DNA of 64,000 nt from Treponemataceae bacterium. Its GTDB lineage: Bacteria; Spirochaetota; Spirochaetia; Treponematales; Rectinemataceae. A program made the position numbers and the translations under genes. The stretch lies in the NCBI GenBank assembly GCA_963667725.2, contig CAXXHO010000003.1, forward strand, positions 1,984,001-2,048,000. The letters are read 5' to 3'. The notes under the pieces are model-generated. The model had not been told where the DNA came from and made no database searches. It was given only the letters and a program-made list of their open reading frames with translations. Shown piece after piece: positions 1-9,053 of the stretch (position 1 is its first letter; each line of letters opens with the position of its first letter).

Positions 1-660
1 GTCGAAGATGGCCAGGTCGTTCTTGCGATAGCTGTGGGGCTTTTCGAGAATCTGCTTGACTTGGCTGTCGTGGAGGACGCCCGGTTCCTCGCCGGCGAGG
101 AGGGCGGCCGCCACTTCCCTGTTCTGGTAGAGGAATTTTTCCGGACTTTCCGCCGGGCAGTCCAGGATGCAGAAGGCGGTATAGGTTTCCCTGTCGAAGA
201 CCCAGTTTTCCTTGAGTCCCGTCACGGCGTCTTTTATGGCGTTCACCACCATCTGGAAACTCGAATCGGCGAACTGGTCCAAAGATTCAGACCCGCTCAC
301 GTCGCTCACCGCGAGGTTTGCGTTGGAGGCGAGATTCTTGAAGGTCGAATGCGTCCTGTAGCGCACGACGAGGGTGAGGGCGCCATCGTCATAGATTTTC
401 GCTACTGCCGTGAACTTTTCGAAGCATTTGGCGTCGCATTCTTCCGTGCTCAGCGTGAGGACGAGAGGCTTGGGCAGGGTGAGCGACGATGGCGTATCCC
501 TGCGTTTGCCGAATCCTATGTCAGGATAGGCCGGTATCTTCGAAGCGGCTTTCTTGAGATCGACCGAACGGCCTATGTCGTAGACATAGAGATGGACGAT
601 TTCGATCGGCAGCACCAGATCCTCATCAGCCGGTGCAAGATTCTCATCTTGATCGCTCAT
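1..660 (-). CDS. Conserved hypothetical protein, RMD1/DUF155-like; 5' part only, runs off the window start
   Basis: Not in the ORF track. Manual translation from ATG 660 gives MSDQDENLAPADEDLVLPIEIVHLYVYDIGRSVDLKKA...LLAGEEPGVLHDSQVKQILEKPHSYRKNDLAIFD, open to base 1. ATGA overlap with the PASTA gene stop at 657-660. Confidence 0.7.
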   Translation of the reverse strand, partial: MSDQDENLAPADEDLVLPIEIVHLYVYDIGRSVDLKKAASKIPAYPDIGFGKRRDTPSSLTLPKPLVLTLSTEECDAKCFEKFTAVAKIYDDGALTLVVRYRTHSTFKNLASNANLAVSDVSGSESLDQFADSSFQMVVNAIKDAVTGLKENWVFDRETYTAFCILDCPAESPEKFLYQNREVAAALLAGEEPGVLHDSQVKQILEKPHSYRKNDLAIFD

Positions 661-1691
661 TGGTTCTTTACCTCCGTTTTCGCGATCTCGCGATCGAGAA
701 CCGAAAGTACGAAGCTACTGCCGGCGGGAACCGAGAAAGGCACGCTGAAATTTCCGCCCGGATGTTTGAGCGAGGCGACGAGAACACGTTGCCCCGAGGG
801 CTTTATGGCCTCAAGCTTGACAGGCACGAGATAGGGGTACTCGGGAAGTGTGTAGACATAGATTCCGTTGACGATATCCTGGGCGGACGCGGGCGAAGAG
901 AGGACGACCTTGATCCGGTCGCTCACCTTGATCTCGGCGTCGGCCTTGGGCTGCTGTTCCACCACCTTGTTCTGGGCTTCGCCCGCTTTGGCTTGGCGCA
1001 TGGAAAAATCCACGGTCAATGTCGTCTTCTCCGCGGCGGCGACCGCAGCGGACATGGAAAGTCCCATGAAGTCGGGAACCTTGGCCTTGAGGCTTTCCGG
1101 CCCCTTGCTGACGACGAGCTCGAGAACGGTGGGTCCCGAGATCTGTTCGCCGGGCAGGGGTTTCTGCTCCAGGATGGTTCCGGCCGCCGATTCGTCGAAG
1201 CGGTAAATGGGCGGATCGCGCACGGTCACGAGAGGCTTGGAGGAGGAAAATAGCGACTGAAGCTGGAGCTTCATCGTCTCGAGGTCCTGGCCGATATAAT
1301 TTTCGATCTTGTCGAGCACGGCGCCTCTGCTGACGATCAGGTTGATTCTTCTTCCCGCCTTTACGATGCTCCCCGATCGGGGCGACTGTTCTAGGATGGT
1401 ATTCTTGTCCAGGGGATTGTCGGTGAAACGGAGGGTAAGCCTTGGATATAGTTCCCTCTCCTGAAGCTTGACGAGAGCGTCGGCCAGCTCCATATCCCTC
1501 ACGTCCGGAACCAAGACTTTTTCCGGTCCCTTCAATACGGCGAAGAAAACGATGATGGTGGCAAGGAGCAGCGCGACGCAGAGCAGCGCGGCATAGAGAG
1601 AGAAAGCCCTTTTCTGTTCCCTGGTCAAGGTGGAAAAATCAAAGCGCGGCAGCGCGAATTTTCTTCTAGGTTTCTTTTCGTTCTTTTCCAT
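657..1691 (-). CDS. PASTA-domain membrane protein
   Basis: N-terminal TM helix followed by repeated PASTA motifs (VLVPDVRDM...ILEQSP..G..V, VPDFMGLS...VVEQQP). Follows def-fmt. Confidence 0.9.
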   Translation of the reverse strand: MEKNEKKPRRKFALPRFDFSTLTREQKRAFSLYAALLCVALLLATIIVFFAVLKGPEKVLVPDVRDMELADALVKLQERELYPRLTLRFTDNPLDKNTILEQSPRSGSIVKAGRRINLIVSRGAVLDKIENYIGQDLETMKLQLQSLFSSSKPLVTVRDPPIYRFDESAAGTILEQKPLPGEQISGPTVLELVVSKGPESLKAKVPDFMGLSMSAAVAAAEKTTLTVDFSMRQAKAGEAQNKVVEQQPKADAEIKVSDRIKVVLSSPASAQDIVNGIYVYTLPEYPYLVPVKLEAIKPSGQRVLVASLKHPGGNFSVPFSVPAGSSFVLSVLDREIAKTEVKNQ

Positions 1692-1693
1692 TT

Positions 1694-2680
1694 CTAAAAA
1701 TTATCCTTAGTTTGTGGCGGCTGGCTGAACCGAAGGCCAGCCAGGTTCCGAATTCCGTTGGCGAAGTCTTTGTATGGCAAGGCTTTGCGCGTCGAAAACT
1801 GAAGGCGTCGTAGGGCTACCCACCCCTCGCCCGTCCTCACCATGATACCTCTGGCCTTATCCATTCCGATTATAGTGCCGGCGGTTACATTGGGCAATGC
1901 TTCGCCAGCCGGCTGGAATTCGCCTTCAGCGAAGGCTCTAGCCTCGAGAAGATTGAGGCGCTGCCCCTCCAGATAGGTATAGGCGCCCGGCCAGGGGTCG
2001 AAGGCGCGGATGCGGGCGTCGATGTCGGCGGAAGGCAGGTTCCAGTCGATGAGCCCGTCTTCCTTGGCGATTTTCCTGCAGTAGGTCGGCCTTCCCGCCT
2101 GGGCGACAGCCGAGGCTTCCCCAGCCTCCATGGCTTCAAGGACATCCAGGGCGAGACGCGCTCCGATAGCCGCGCACAGTTCAGAGAGCGTCCCCGCCGT
2201 TTCCCTTCCGGTTAGGGTGATCTTTTCCACGGCGAAGAGATCGCCCGAATCCATTTCCTGGGCCAGTCCCTGGATGGATACGCCGGTTTCCTCGTCTTTG
2301 TCGAGAATGGCCTGCTGGATCGGCGAGCTGCCTCGGTGTCTCGGAAGAAGGCTGGGGTGAATATTGATGCCGCCTCGGGGAAAAAGCGAGAGAAATTTAG
2401 GGCCGAAAATTTTCCCGTAGGCGAAGACCACGAGAATATCGGGATTCAAGGCGGCCACGGCCTCTCTTGCCTCAGAGCCTAGCTTCTCGAAGGCGAGAAT
2501 GGGAATATCATGGCCGAGGCTTTCGCGAGCCGCCGCCGCTACGGCGGTGGGAAGCACTTCCTTGCCCCTTCCCTGAGCCGACTCGGGGTTCGTAAGGATA
2601 CCGACGATCCGATGTCGCTCGGCTATACCCAGGAGCGTGGGCACGGCAATGGCTGGGCTTCCCGCGAACAGTACCTTCAT
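1694..2680 (-). CDS. fmt: Methionyl-tRNA formyltransferase
   Basis: MKVLFAGSP, VVFAYGKI, INIHPSLLPRHRGSSPIQ, IRAFDPWPGA motifs; adjacent to def. Confidence 0.97.
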   Translation of the reverse strand: MKVLFAGSPAIAVPTLLGIAERHRIVGILTNPESAQGRGKEVLPTAVAAAARESLGHDIPILAFEKLGSEAREAVAALNPDILVVFAYGKIFGPKFLSLFPRGGINIHPSLLPRHRGSSPIQQAILDKDEETGVSIQGLAQEMDSGDLFAVEKITLTGRETAGTLSELCAAIGARLALDVLEAMEAGEASAVAQAGRPTYCRKIAKEDGLIDWNLPSADIDARIRAFDPWPGAYTYLEGQRLNLLEARAFAEGEFQPAGEALPNVTAGTIIGMDKARGIMVRTGEGWVALRRLQFSTRKALPYKDFANGIRNLAGLRFSQPPQTKDNF

Positions 2681-2701
2681 GATTCCCCCCGATTGTCGGA
2701 C

Positions 2702-3190
2702 CTACATCTTGATCATTCGTTTGTAATGCTGAAGGGCTCTCTCCTTCTTGAAAGGCGTGATCCTCTCTATGAACAGCTTGCCCTGGAGATGGTCATATTC
2801 ATGGAGAATCACCCTGGCCAGGAGGCCGTCGGCTTCCACCGTAAAGGGTCTTCCTTTTTCATTGAAAGCCTGTATGCGCAGGGCGCTCGAACGCTTCACC
2901 ACGAAATAGAGCCCCGGAAAGGAAAGGCAGCCTTCCTCGTACTCGACCAGGTCGGGGCTTGTCATGACGATTTCCGGATTTATGAAGATCCGTTTCTTGT
3001 CATCGTCGACGTTGGTTACGAATATGCGTTTCGAAAGACCTACCTGGGGAGCGGCCAGGCCGATCCCATGGTCTCTTCTCATTACTTCGAACATTTCTTC
3101 ACAGAGCGCGGCAAGATTCTCGTCGAACTCAGTGACGGGCTCGGTCGGCTTTTCCAGTATCGGATCGCCGTAGGTAACTACTTCAAGCAT
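2702..3190 (-). CDS. def: Peptide deformylase
   Basis: GIGLAAPQVG, EGCLS and HEYDHLQG motifs. Confidence 0.98.
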   Translation of the reverse strand: MLEVVTYGDPILEKPTEPVTEFDENLAALCEEMFEVMRRDHGIGLAAPQVGLSKRIFVTNVDDDKKRIFINPEIVMTSPDLVEYEEGCLSFPGLYFVVKRSSALRIQAFNEKGRPFTVEADGLLARVILHEYDHLQGKLFIERITPFKKERALQHYKRMIKM

Positions 3191-3267
3191 AGATAGAACT
3201 CCAAATCTTTATATGCCTATAAGGTAAGGGCTTTGGGCCTCAGGGTCAAAGCCCGCATCTCATATGA

Positions 3268-3759
3268 TCACTTGAGCGGGGGAATTTCGAACCTGTCCCC
3301 GATATTCAGGCCGGCTCTCGCGAACCAACCCTGGGGCACCTCGATGGCATAGCGCACGCTCCGCTCCGAGGGCCTAGGATCCAGGGAAAAAGGCGTCAAG
3401 TCCAGGATCTGGAGAATGCTGCCGTCCTTGCCCAAGAAGCCCAGGGAGAGCGGCAGGGAGGTGTTTTTCATCCAGAAACTCACCTTCTGGTCGGATTCAA
3501 AGACGAAAAGCATGCCCTTGCCGTCGGCAAGGGTTTTCCTGAACATGAGGCCGCGGTTTCTCTCCATCTCGGTATCAGCCACTTCCGCGATCAGCTCTAC
3601 GTCGCCTGCTTTGAGCGTAACCGTTTCCAGCGCGGGGTTGGGCTTGTTCGGATCTTGAGCGGACTGCGCCGTGCAGGAAACAGCCATCGCGGCAGCCATG
3701 GCTATCGCGGCCAACGTCGAGAATAGCCTATGTTTTCGGCTTATTTCCATAAAGCGCAT
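3268..3759 (-). CDS. DUF192 family lipoprotein
   Basis: AEVADT..ER.RGLMFR...GMLFVF...FWMKNT..PL motifs; lipobox-like AVSC. Start placed at ATG 3759 after an AAGGAG SD. Confidence 0.9.
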   Translation of the reverse strand: MRFMEISRKHRLFSTLAAIAMAAAMAVSCTAQSAQDPNKPNPALETVTLKAGDVELIAEVADTEMERNRGLMFRKTLADGKGMLFVFESDQKVSFWMKNTSLPLSLGFLGKDGSILQILDLTPFSLDPRPSERSVRYAIEVPQGWFARAGLNIGDRFEIPPLK

Positions 3760-3806
3760 CGATTCTCTCCTTACCGGAACGGGCATAGCATACCTCGATT
3801 TCGCAT

Positions 3807-3837
3807 AAAAAAAAAGGCCGTCCAATGGACGACCTTT
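3807..3837 (-). terminator. Intrinsic terminator downstream of rpsU
   Basis: Minus strand AAAGGTCGTCC-ATT-GGACGGCCTTT followed by a T run. Confidence 0.8.
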
Positions 3838-3909
3838 CGTTTTTACAGATTCGATAGGGGAAAATCCCCCGCTCCGTGCCGATAAATTTGAGCCTATCGG
3901 CGAGAGTTT

Positions 3910-4131
3910 TTAGTATCCACCCTTGGAGTCGTGGGTCTTCCTGGTTTTCTTCATGAGTTTTCTGGCCAGGGCTTTCTGTTTGCGGTTTTTGATTGTGGAA
4001 GGTTTCTCGAAGTATTCCCGCTTTTTCCATTCGCGAATGATGCCCTCTTTTTCGACCATGCGCTTAAAGCGCTTAATCGCTTTCTCTAGGGGCTCGCCAT
4101 CTTCAACTACGATTTGCCGGATAGTAATCAC
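3910..4131 (-). CDS. rpsU: 30S ribosomal protein S21 (start uncertain: GTG 4131 or ATC 4122)
   Basis: [33 protein letters not shown] is the S21 signature. Confidence 0.97.
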   Translation of the reverse strand: MITIRQIVVEDGEPLEKAIKRFKRMVEKEGIIREWKKREYFEKPSTIKNRKQKALARKLMKKTRKTHDSKGGY

Positions 4132-5183
4132 CTCCCTTCTGCCGGAGGCTTGATTTTACTGGAATCGGCATCTTTGTCAAGAGGAGGGCGCGAAAGGAGG
4201 GAACGAGAAAGCCAGTAATATGGGTTCACGGAAACGTCGCCGACGCGAATTTCCCAATGCAGATGGGGTCCCGTGGATAGTCCCGTGGAGCCGACGCGTC
4301 CGATCGGTTCGCCCCCGCCCACCATATCCCCTTCGGCCGCATCGATGGCGGAAAGGTGCATGTAGAGGGAAAAGAGGCCCGGCAGATGCTCGAGGACGAG
4401 GGTGTTGCCTGTCACGATGCGAAGTCCGGCGAAAACGACTCTGCCTGGGGCGCAGGCGAGCACTTCGCTCCCCGTCGGGGCGCCCAGATCGATGCCGCCA
4501 TGAATCGTCGAATCGCCGCCCCCGCCATCGTAGATATAGCGGCGCTCGTCGCCGAATCCGGCAGTCTCGCGCCAGGCGACGGAAAGGGGTTTCACCATGG
4601 GACCCATGGCAAAAAGGGCGGTCGGATCCCTGGAGTCGAATATTTCCGCGAAGACCTTCGATTCTGCCGTCTTGGCCGGATCGGGCTTCGCGCGGATCGC
4701 CGTATTCGCCTTGTCCAGGGGGATGTCTTCCTTCATGAACTTTTTCGCCTCTATGACGAAATCGGCGCTGACTTCCGCTTTATCCCGCGGATCGGATCCC
4801 GCGGCATTTCCATCGAGAATAGCGGAGACGTGGAGGCTTCCGGGACCGGGGGCGGCTTTTATCGGCACGGCCAGAAGAAAGCCGTAAAGATAGCCCTCGC
4901 CTTCCGATGGCATGAAAAAGGACTCGGCCGAGGAAAGATTCTTTCCGTCTGAGCTTTTTAGTAACGCGGAGGCTGAAATGACGGGACGGTCGCTCGCCAT
5001 CCAGCAGAGGAAAGGATCGCCGGGCGCGATGTTGCCGGGCATGTGGATTGTCTGGGCCGCCGCGGGCAGGATCGAGACGAAAAGGGCCAAAAAGAGGATG
5101 AGGGAGGGACGGTTCGAGGCTGCCGCGCGGCAGGCCGGAGATTTTTTTTCGCGGGTTCCATACGGTCCCAGATACCCTTTCAC
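4128..5183 (-). CDS. M23 family metallopeptidase
   Basis: HGGIDL, YMHL and [16 protein letters not shown] motifs; signal peptide. Start tentatively GTG 5183. Confidence 0.92.
   Translation of the reverse strand: MKGYLGPYGTREKKSPACRAAASNRPSLILFLALFVSILPAAAQTIHMPGNIAPGDPFLCWMASDRPVISASALLKSSDGKNLSSAESFFMPSEGEGYLYGFLLAVPIKAAPGPGSLHVSAILDGNAAGSDPRDKAEVSADFVIEAKKFMKEDIPLDKANTAIRAKPDPAKTAESKVFAEIFDSRDPTALFAMGPMVKPLSVAWRETAGFGDERRYIYDGGGGDSTIHGGIDLGAPTGSEVLACAPGRVVFAGLRIVTGNTLVLEHLPGLFSLYMHLSAIDAAEGDMVGGGEPIGRVGSTGLSTGPHLHWEIRVGDVSVNPYYWLSRSLLSRPPLDKDADSSKIKPPAEGR
4153..4180 (-). promoter_or_regulatory. Sigma70-type promoter for rpsU inside the 3' end of the M23 gene
   Basis: Minus strand TTGACA-16 nt-TAAAAT, followed by SD GGAGGTGA. 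Confidence 0.7.
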
Positions 5184-5240
5184 ATCGATACTATATACTT
5201 TATACTGCAATCAATTGTAATCACCATTCAGGAGATTCTG

Positions 5241-6623
5241 ATGCTTTTTTCGATCGGCAATCTTATCACCCTCGTCATCGTGCTGGTTTTATTCGTCATT
5301 TACCACCGGCTTACCGCCAATAACAGATCCCTCGAGAAGGTAAAGCGACTCTCCGAGAAACTCCAGAACGATCTCGGCGACTACGTCGGAACGAGAGCCG
5401 AAGAGCTGAAACACTATGGCATCGATCTCGACGTTCAGCAGAAAGCCGCCAAGATAGCCCTAGAAAAGCTGCAGGCCGCCCAGTCCGCGGTGACCGAAAA
5501 GGCCGAGGCCATGGGCGCGATCGCCGACCGCTTCAAGGAATATGACGAGGTCCTCGCGAAACTCATGGAGATGACAGCCCGCGTGGATGAGAACCTCTCG
5601 CGCATTCATGAGGACGAGACCTTCGCCGAAGGCGTCAACAGGAAGCTCGACCTGGCCAAGAAAAGCCTGACGGCCATAGAACGCGAACTGCCCCTTTTGA
5701 GGGAAAGTTTCGCCCAGGATGCCCAGCGCACCATCGAGACCTTCAGGGATTCCATACTCAATGAACTTCAGGACGGGCTCGCCAACACGGCCGCCGAACT
5801 CAACGCGGCGCGCGATGAGGCGATGGCCGCCTTCTCCCAGGCTCAGACCGCCCGGGCTCTCGTGGACGAAGAGCTGGAAAAGGCCCTTGTCACCGCGAAG
5901 GAAAGAGCCTCCTCGGTCGAAGACGAGGCTTTCGCGACACTTACCAATTCTTTCGATCAAAGATTAAGGGACTTGAGCCAGTCCACCGATGCCCAGCTGT
6001 CCCAGCTGGGGAAAGACACGGCCCAGCACGTGGGCGAACTGCGGTCGGCCATCGGCGAATTCAAGGAGAACTGGCGCAACGAGGCTCAGGCCATGCTCTC
6101 GGACATGACAGCCAAGCTCGGCGAGGCCGAGGATATTTTCGCGAAAAAGGCTACCGAGATCGCCGAGCTCCTGGATAAGTCTTCGGAACAGGCTAAAAAA
6201 GCCGAATCGGACTTCATCCTCGTCGCGGCAAAGAATAAAAAGGATGTCGACGCGACGTTGAATGAAATCAAGGCTCTCGAAGATTCCCTGAGGGCTTCGA
6301 TGGAGACGACGAAGACCAGGATAGAGGAAGAATTCGCGGGGTTCGGCCAGGCATTCGAAGATCACCGGACTCGTTTCGAGGAGAACTTCGCCGCCGAAAC
6401 CTCGGCGCTGGGAGGCTCTCTGGTGAAGCTGGGCAAGGATATAGAAACGCTGAAAGCTTCGGCCTATGACAGCACGGAACGGAAGCTCGAAGGCTTCGAG
6501 GATGAACTCCTCTCCGAACTCTCCGACAGGAAGAGCGAGGTCTTCAAGCAGCTGGATGTCTGGCTCAGCGAAATGGAAAAGACCATATCGGGCATAGCCG
6601 AGGAGAAAAATCCCGAAGCCTAG
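5241..6623 (+). CDS. Membrane-anchored long coiled-coil protein, spirochaete SpiroCoCo-like N-terminus
   Basis: [36 protein letters not shown], then heptad-rich helical sequence. AGGAG SD before ATG 5241. Confidence 0.75.
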   Translation: MLFSIGNLITLVIVLVLFVIYHRLTANNRSLEKVKRLSEKLQNDLGDYVGTRAEELKHYGIDLDVQQKAAKIALEKLQAAQSAVTEKAEAMGAIADRFKEYDEVLAKLMEMTARVDENLSRIHEDETFAEGVNRKLDLAKKSLTAIERELPLLRESFAQDAQRTIETFRDSILNELQDGLANTAAELNAARDEAMAAFSQAQTARALVDEELEKALVTAKERASSVEDEAFATLTNSFDQRLRDLSQSTDAQLSQLGKDTAQHVGELRSAIGEFKENWRNEAQAMLSDMTAKLGEAEDIFAKKATEIAELLDKSSEQAKKAESDFILVAAKNKKDVDATLNEIKALEDSLRASMETTKTRIEEEFAGFGQAFEDHRTRFEENFAAETSALGGSLVKLGKDIETLKASAYDSTERKLEGFEDELLSELSDRKSEVFKQLDVWLSEMEKTISGIAEEKNPEA

Positions 6624-7324
6624 CGGATGATGCCCTTCAGCGCGGTTTCAACCATCGCGCTGAAAGAAGTCTGCCTTTCCTCCGAACTCGTCACCTCTCC
6701 GGTCAGCAGATGATCGGACACCGTCAAAATCGCCAGAGCCTGGACGTCATATTTGGCCGCGAGCGTGTAAAGCTCGGCGGTTTCCATCTCCACGCCGACG
6801 ATGCCGAATTTAGCCCACAACTTCCACTGTTCCGGATTTTCAGAATAGAAGGAATCGGAGGAGAGGACGGGCCCCACGAAGGGGGAATAGCCCGACTCGC
6901 GCGCGGCCTCGTAAGCGTTCATGAGGAGAGGGAAGGACGCGGTCGGGGCATAATCCATGCCGTTGAAACGCACCTTGTTGACGGCGGAATCGGTCGAAGC
7001 GCTCATGGCGAGGATGGTGTCGCGGATTTTGATCTCTTTGCGCATGGCGCCGCAGGTGCCGACCCGGATGAGCTTCTTGACGCCGTAATCCCTGATGAGT
7101 TCGTTGACATATATGGAAAGGCTAGGCATGCCCATACCCGTACCCATCACGGATACTCGCACCCCCTGATATGTCCCCGTAAATCCGAACATATTGCGTA
7201 CTTCATTGAAGCGTTCGGCTCCCTCAAGAAAATTCTCCGCGATGAATTTTGCCCTCAGCGGGTCTCCCGGGAGAAGTATGCGATCGGCGATCTGCCCTGG
7301 TTTCGCGGCGATATGAATGCTCAT
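6620..7324 (-). CDS. deoD: Purine nucleoside phosphorylase, DeoD type
   Basis: [38 protein letters not shown] motifs. Confidence 0.97.
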   Translation of the reverse strand: MSIHIAAKPGQIADRILLPGDPLRAKFIAENFLEGAERFNEVRNMFGFTGTYQGVRVSVMGTGMGMPSLSIYVNELIRDYGVKKLIRVGTCGAMRKEIKIRDTILAMSASTDSAVNKVRFNGMDYAPTASFPLLMNAYEAARESGYSPFVGPVLSSDSFYSENPEQWKLWAKFGIVGVEMETAELYTLAAKYDVQALAILTVSDHLLTGEVTSSEERQTSFSAMVETALKGIIR

Positions 7325-7452
7325 GCTATCCTTCCTTATACGTCCACTTTATGGTAGGATAGTAACTATAATATAGAAGAATTTGCAAGTGAGTGAAGGA
7401 ATAAGGAAATCGCAGGGCTCGGCCTGCGATTTTGCAGGCCAAGGAGAAAGAC

Positions 7453-8232
7453 TTGAATCCATACGAAATTCTGTTCGAAGACGACGATATTCTCGTCGCG
7501 AATAAATTGTCCCCGCTGCCAGTCCTCCAGGACAAATCCGGCGACGAGGATCTTCAGTCCCTCATCAAGAAAGACCATCCCGAAGGTAACACCTTCCTGG
7601 AAGCCGCCCACAGAATCGACAGAAGGACTTCGGGAATCGTTGTCTTCGCCAAAAACACGGGAGCCCTGAGAAAACTCGAAGAAGCCTTCAGGGACAGGGA
7701 AGTACACAAAACATACGTAGCCTGCCTCGAAAAGGAACCGCTTCCACCCGAAGGCCAGCTGAAACACATGATCGTCACCGATCCGAAACGCAATCTCTCC
7801 ATAGCCAGGCCAATCGAGACGACTCCGGGCGCCAGGGCTGCTTCCGCCAGGAAGGCGAGTCCCGCCATAAAAGATAGTCCCGCCATGAAAGGGCAGAGCG
7901 CCGTCTATGCCGAGCTCACTTATAAACTTCTCATGAAAACCGAACGCTACTTTTTCGTGGAAGCCAAGCCCATTACGGGCAGACACCATCAGATTCGCGC
8001 CCAATTCGCGGCCATGGGCTGGCCGATCAAGGGCGACCTCAAATATGGCGCGAGAAGAAGCTCCCAATCGGGCAGAATCATGCTCCATGGCTGGCGCATT
8101 GAGTTCGAACATCCGCGCACCGGCGAAGCCCTTTCCTATACGGCGGCGCTTCCGACCGATGAGACATTGTGGAACGTTTTCGCCGATTTTACCGCATCAC
8201 CCGAAAAAACCGCGGGGAATTCTATCGACTGA
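7453..8232 (+). CDS. RluA family RNA pseudouridine synthase
   Basis: HRIDRRTSG catalytic motif, TGRHHQIR, PIKGDLKYG. TTG start after AAGGAG. Confidence 0.93.
   Translation: MNPYEILFEDDDILVANKLSPLPVLQDKSGDEDLQSLIKKDHPEGNTFLEAAHRIDRRTSGIVVFAKNTGALRKLEEAFRDREVHKTYVACLEKEPLPPEGQLKHMIVTDPKRNLSIARPIETTPGARAASARKASPAIKDSPAMKGQSAVYAELTYKLLMKTERYFFVEAKPITGRHHQIRAQFAAMGWPIKGDLKYGARRSSQSGRIMLHGWRIEFEHPRTGEALSYTAALPTDETLWNVFADFTASPEKTAGNSID
7840..7893 (+). repeat. Degenerate 18-bp tandem repeat x3, in frame within the RluA gene
   Basis: GCTTCCGCCAGGAAGGCG / AGTCCCGCCATAAAAGAT / AGTCCCGCCATGAAAGGG, encoding ASARKA SPAIKD SPAMKG. Confidence 0.7.
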
Positions 8233-8279
8233 TATCTTTCGATTCGGACAGGGCATAGGCGAGGACAGGCTGCGCCTGA

Positions 8280-9053
8280 TCAAAAAACCGACTTCACGCC
8301 CTGGCTCATGGCCGGCACCTTGAAGTTGACCATCGACCACTGAATGAAGGCGGGGTTGCCCTCCCCCGCTGGTTCCATATCCAGCTGCGAGATGCCGCAG
8401 TTGGACGTCGGCATCAGGGGCAGCCAGCTTTTCGCGCCGAAGGTGGATCGGATCAGCCACTGAATGACACCGCCATGCGATACGCATACGATGGTTTTCG
8501 CTCCCCGCTCAGCCAATTCCCTCATCTTCACCCAGGAGGCGACAGCCCTGGAATACATGCTTCGCGAATGTTCGGCGCCGGGCACCGCGTCCCAGCTGCC
8601 GTACTGGAATTTTTTGTATACTTCGGGATGCTCCAGGCGCGCGGCTTCAATATTCACGCCGGTGAATAACCCCACATCCACCTCGACAAGAGAGGGAAGA
8701 AAAATCGGTTCGCCCAATCCGCAGGCTTTGGCGATGATGGAAGCTGTGGTCGAGGCGCGTTTCTGCGGGCTCGAGACGATGGCGTCGATCGGCTTTTCGG
8801 CCAGCCACGCACCCGCCGTCCCGGCCTGCTCCAAGCCCTTCGAGTCCAGCGGGTAGTCGAGCCGGCCCTGGAACGTAAAGCTCGCGTTTCCTTCGGTCTG
8901 GCCATGCCGAATTATATAGAAGGTCGTCGCGTGCCGAAGGGAGGCGAAAAAATTCCCGTCCACGATGATATCGGAAAAGGCGGCGGGATCGCTCCCGCCG
9001 CCTTCCCATGAAGTACTGTCGTCCCAGCCGGACAACTCGATCCGCGGATACAT
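8280..9053 (-). CDS. Histidine phosphatase (phosphoglycerate mutase-like) family protein
   Basis: IIRHGQT, SSPQKRA and VSHGG motifs. True start is ATG 9053, overlapping the permease TAA; the longer ORF-track N-terminus is a shadow frame. Confidence 0.92.
   Translation of the reverse strand: MYPRIELSGWDDSTSWEGGGSDPAAFSDIIVDGNFFASLRHATTFYIIRHGQTEGNASFTFQGRLDYPLDSKGLEQAGTAGAWLAEKPIDAIVSSPQKRASTTASIIAKACGLGEPIFLPSLVEVDVGLFTGVNIEAARLEHPEVYKKFQYGSWDAVPGAEHSRSMYSRAVASWVKMRELAERGAKTIVCVSHGGVIQWLIRSTFGAKSWLPLMPTSNCGISQLDMEPAGEGNPAFIQWSMVNFKVPAMSQGVKSVF

Noticed and set aside
34..1253. Plus-strand ORFs 34-834 and 633-1253
   Set aside because: Antisense shadows of the real minus-strand genes.
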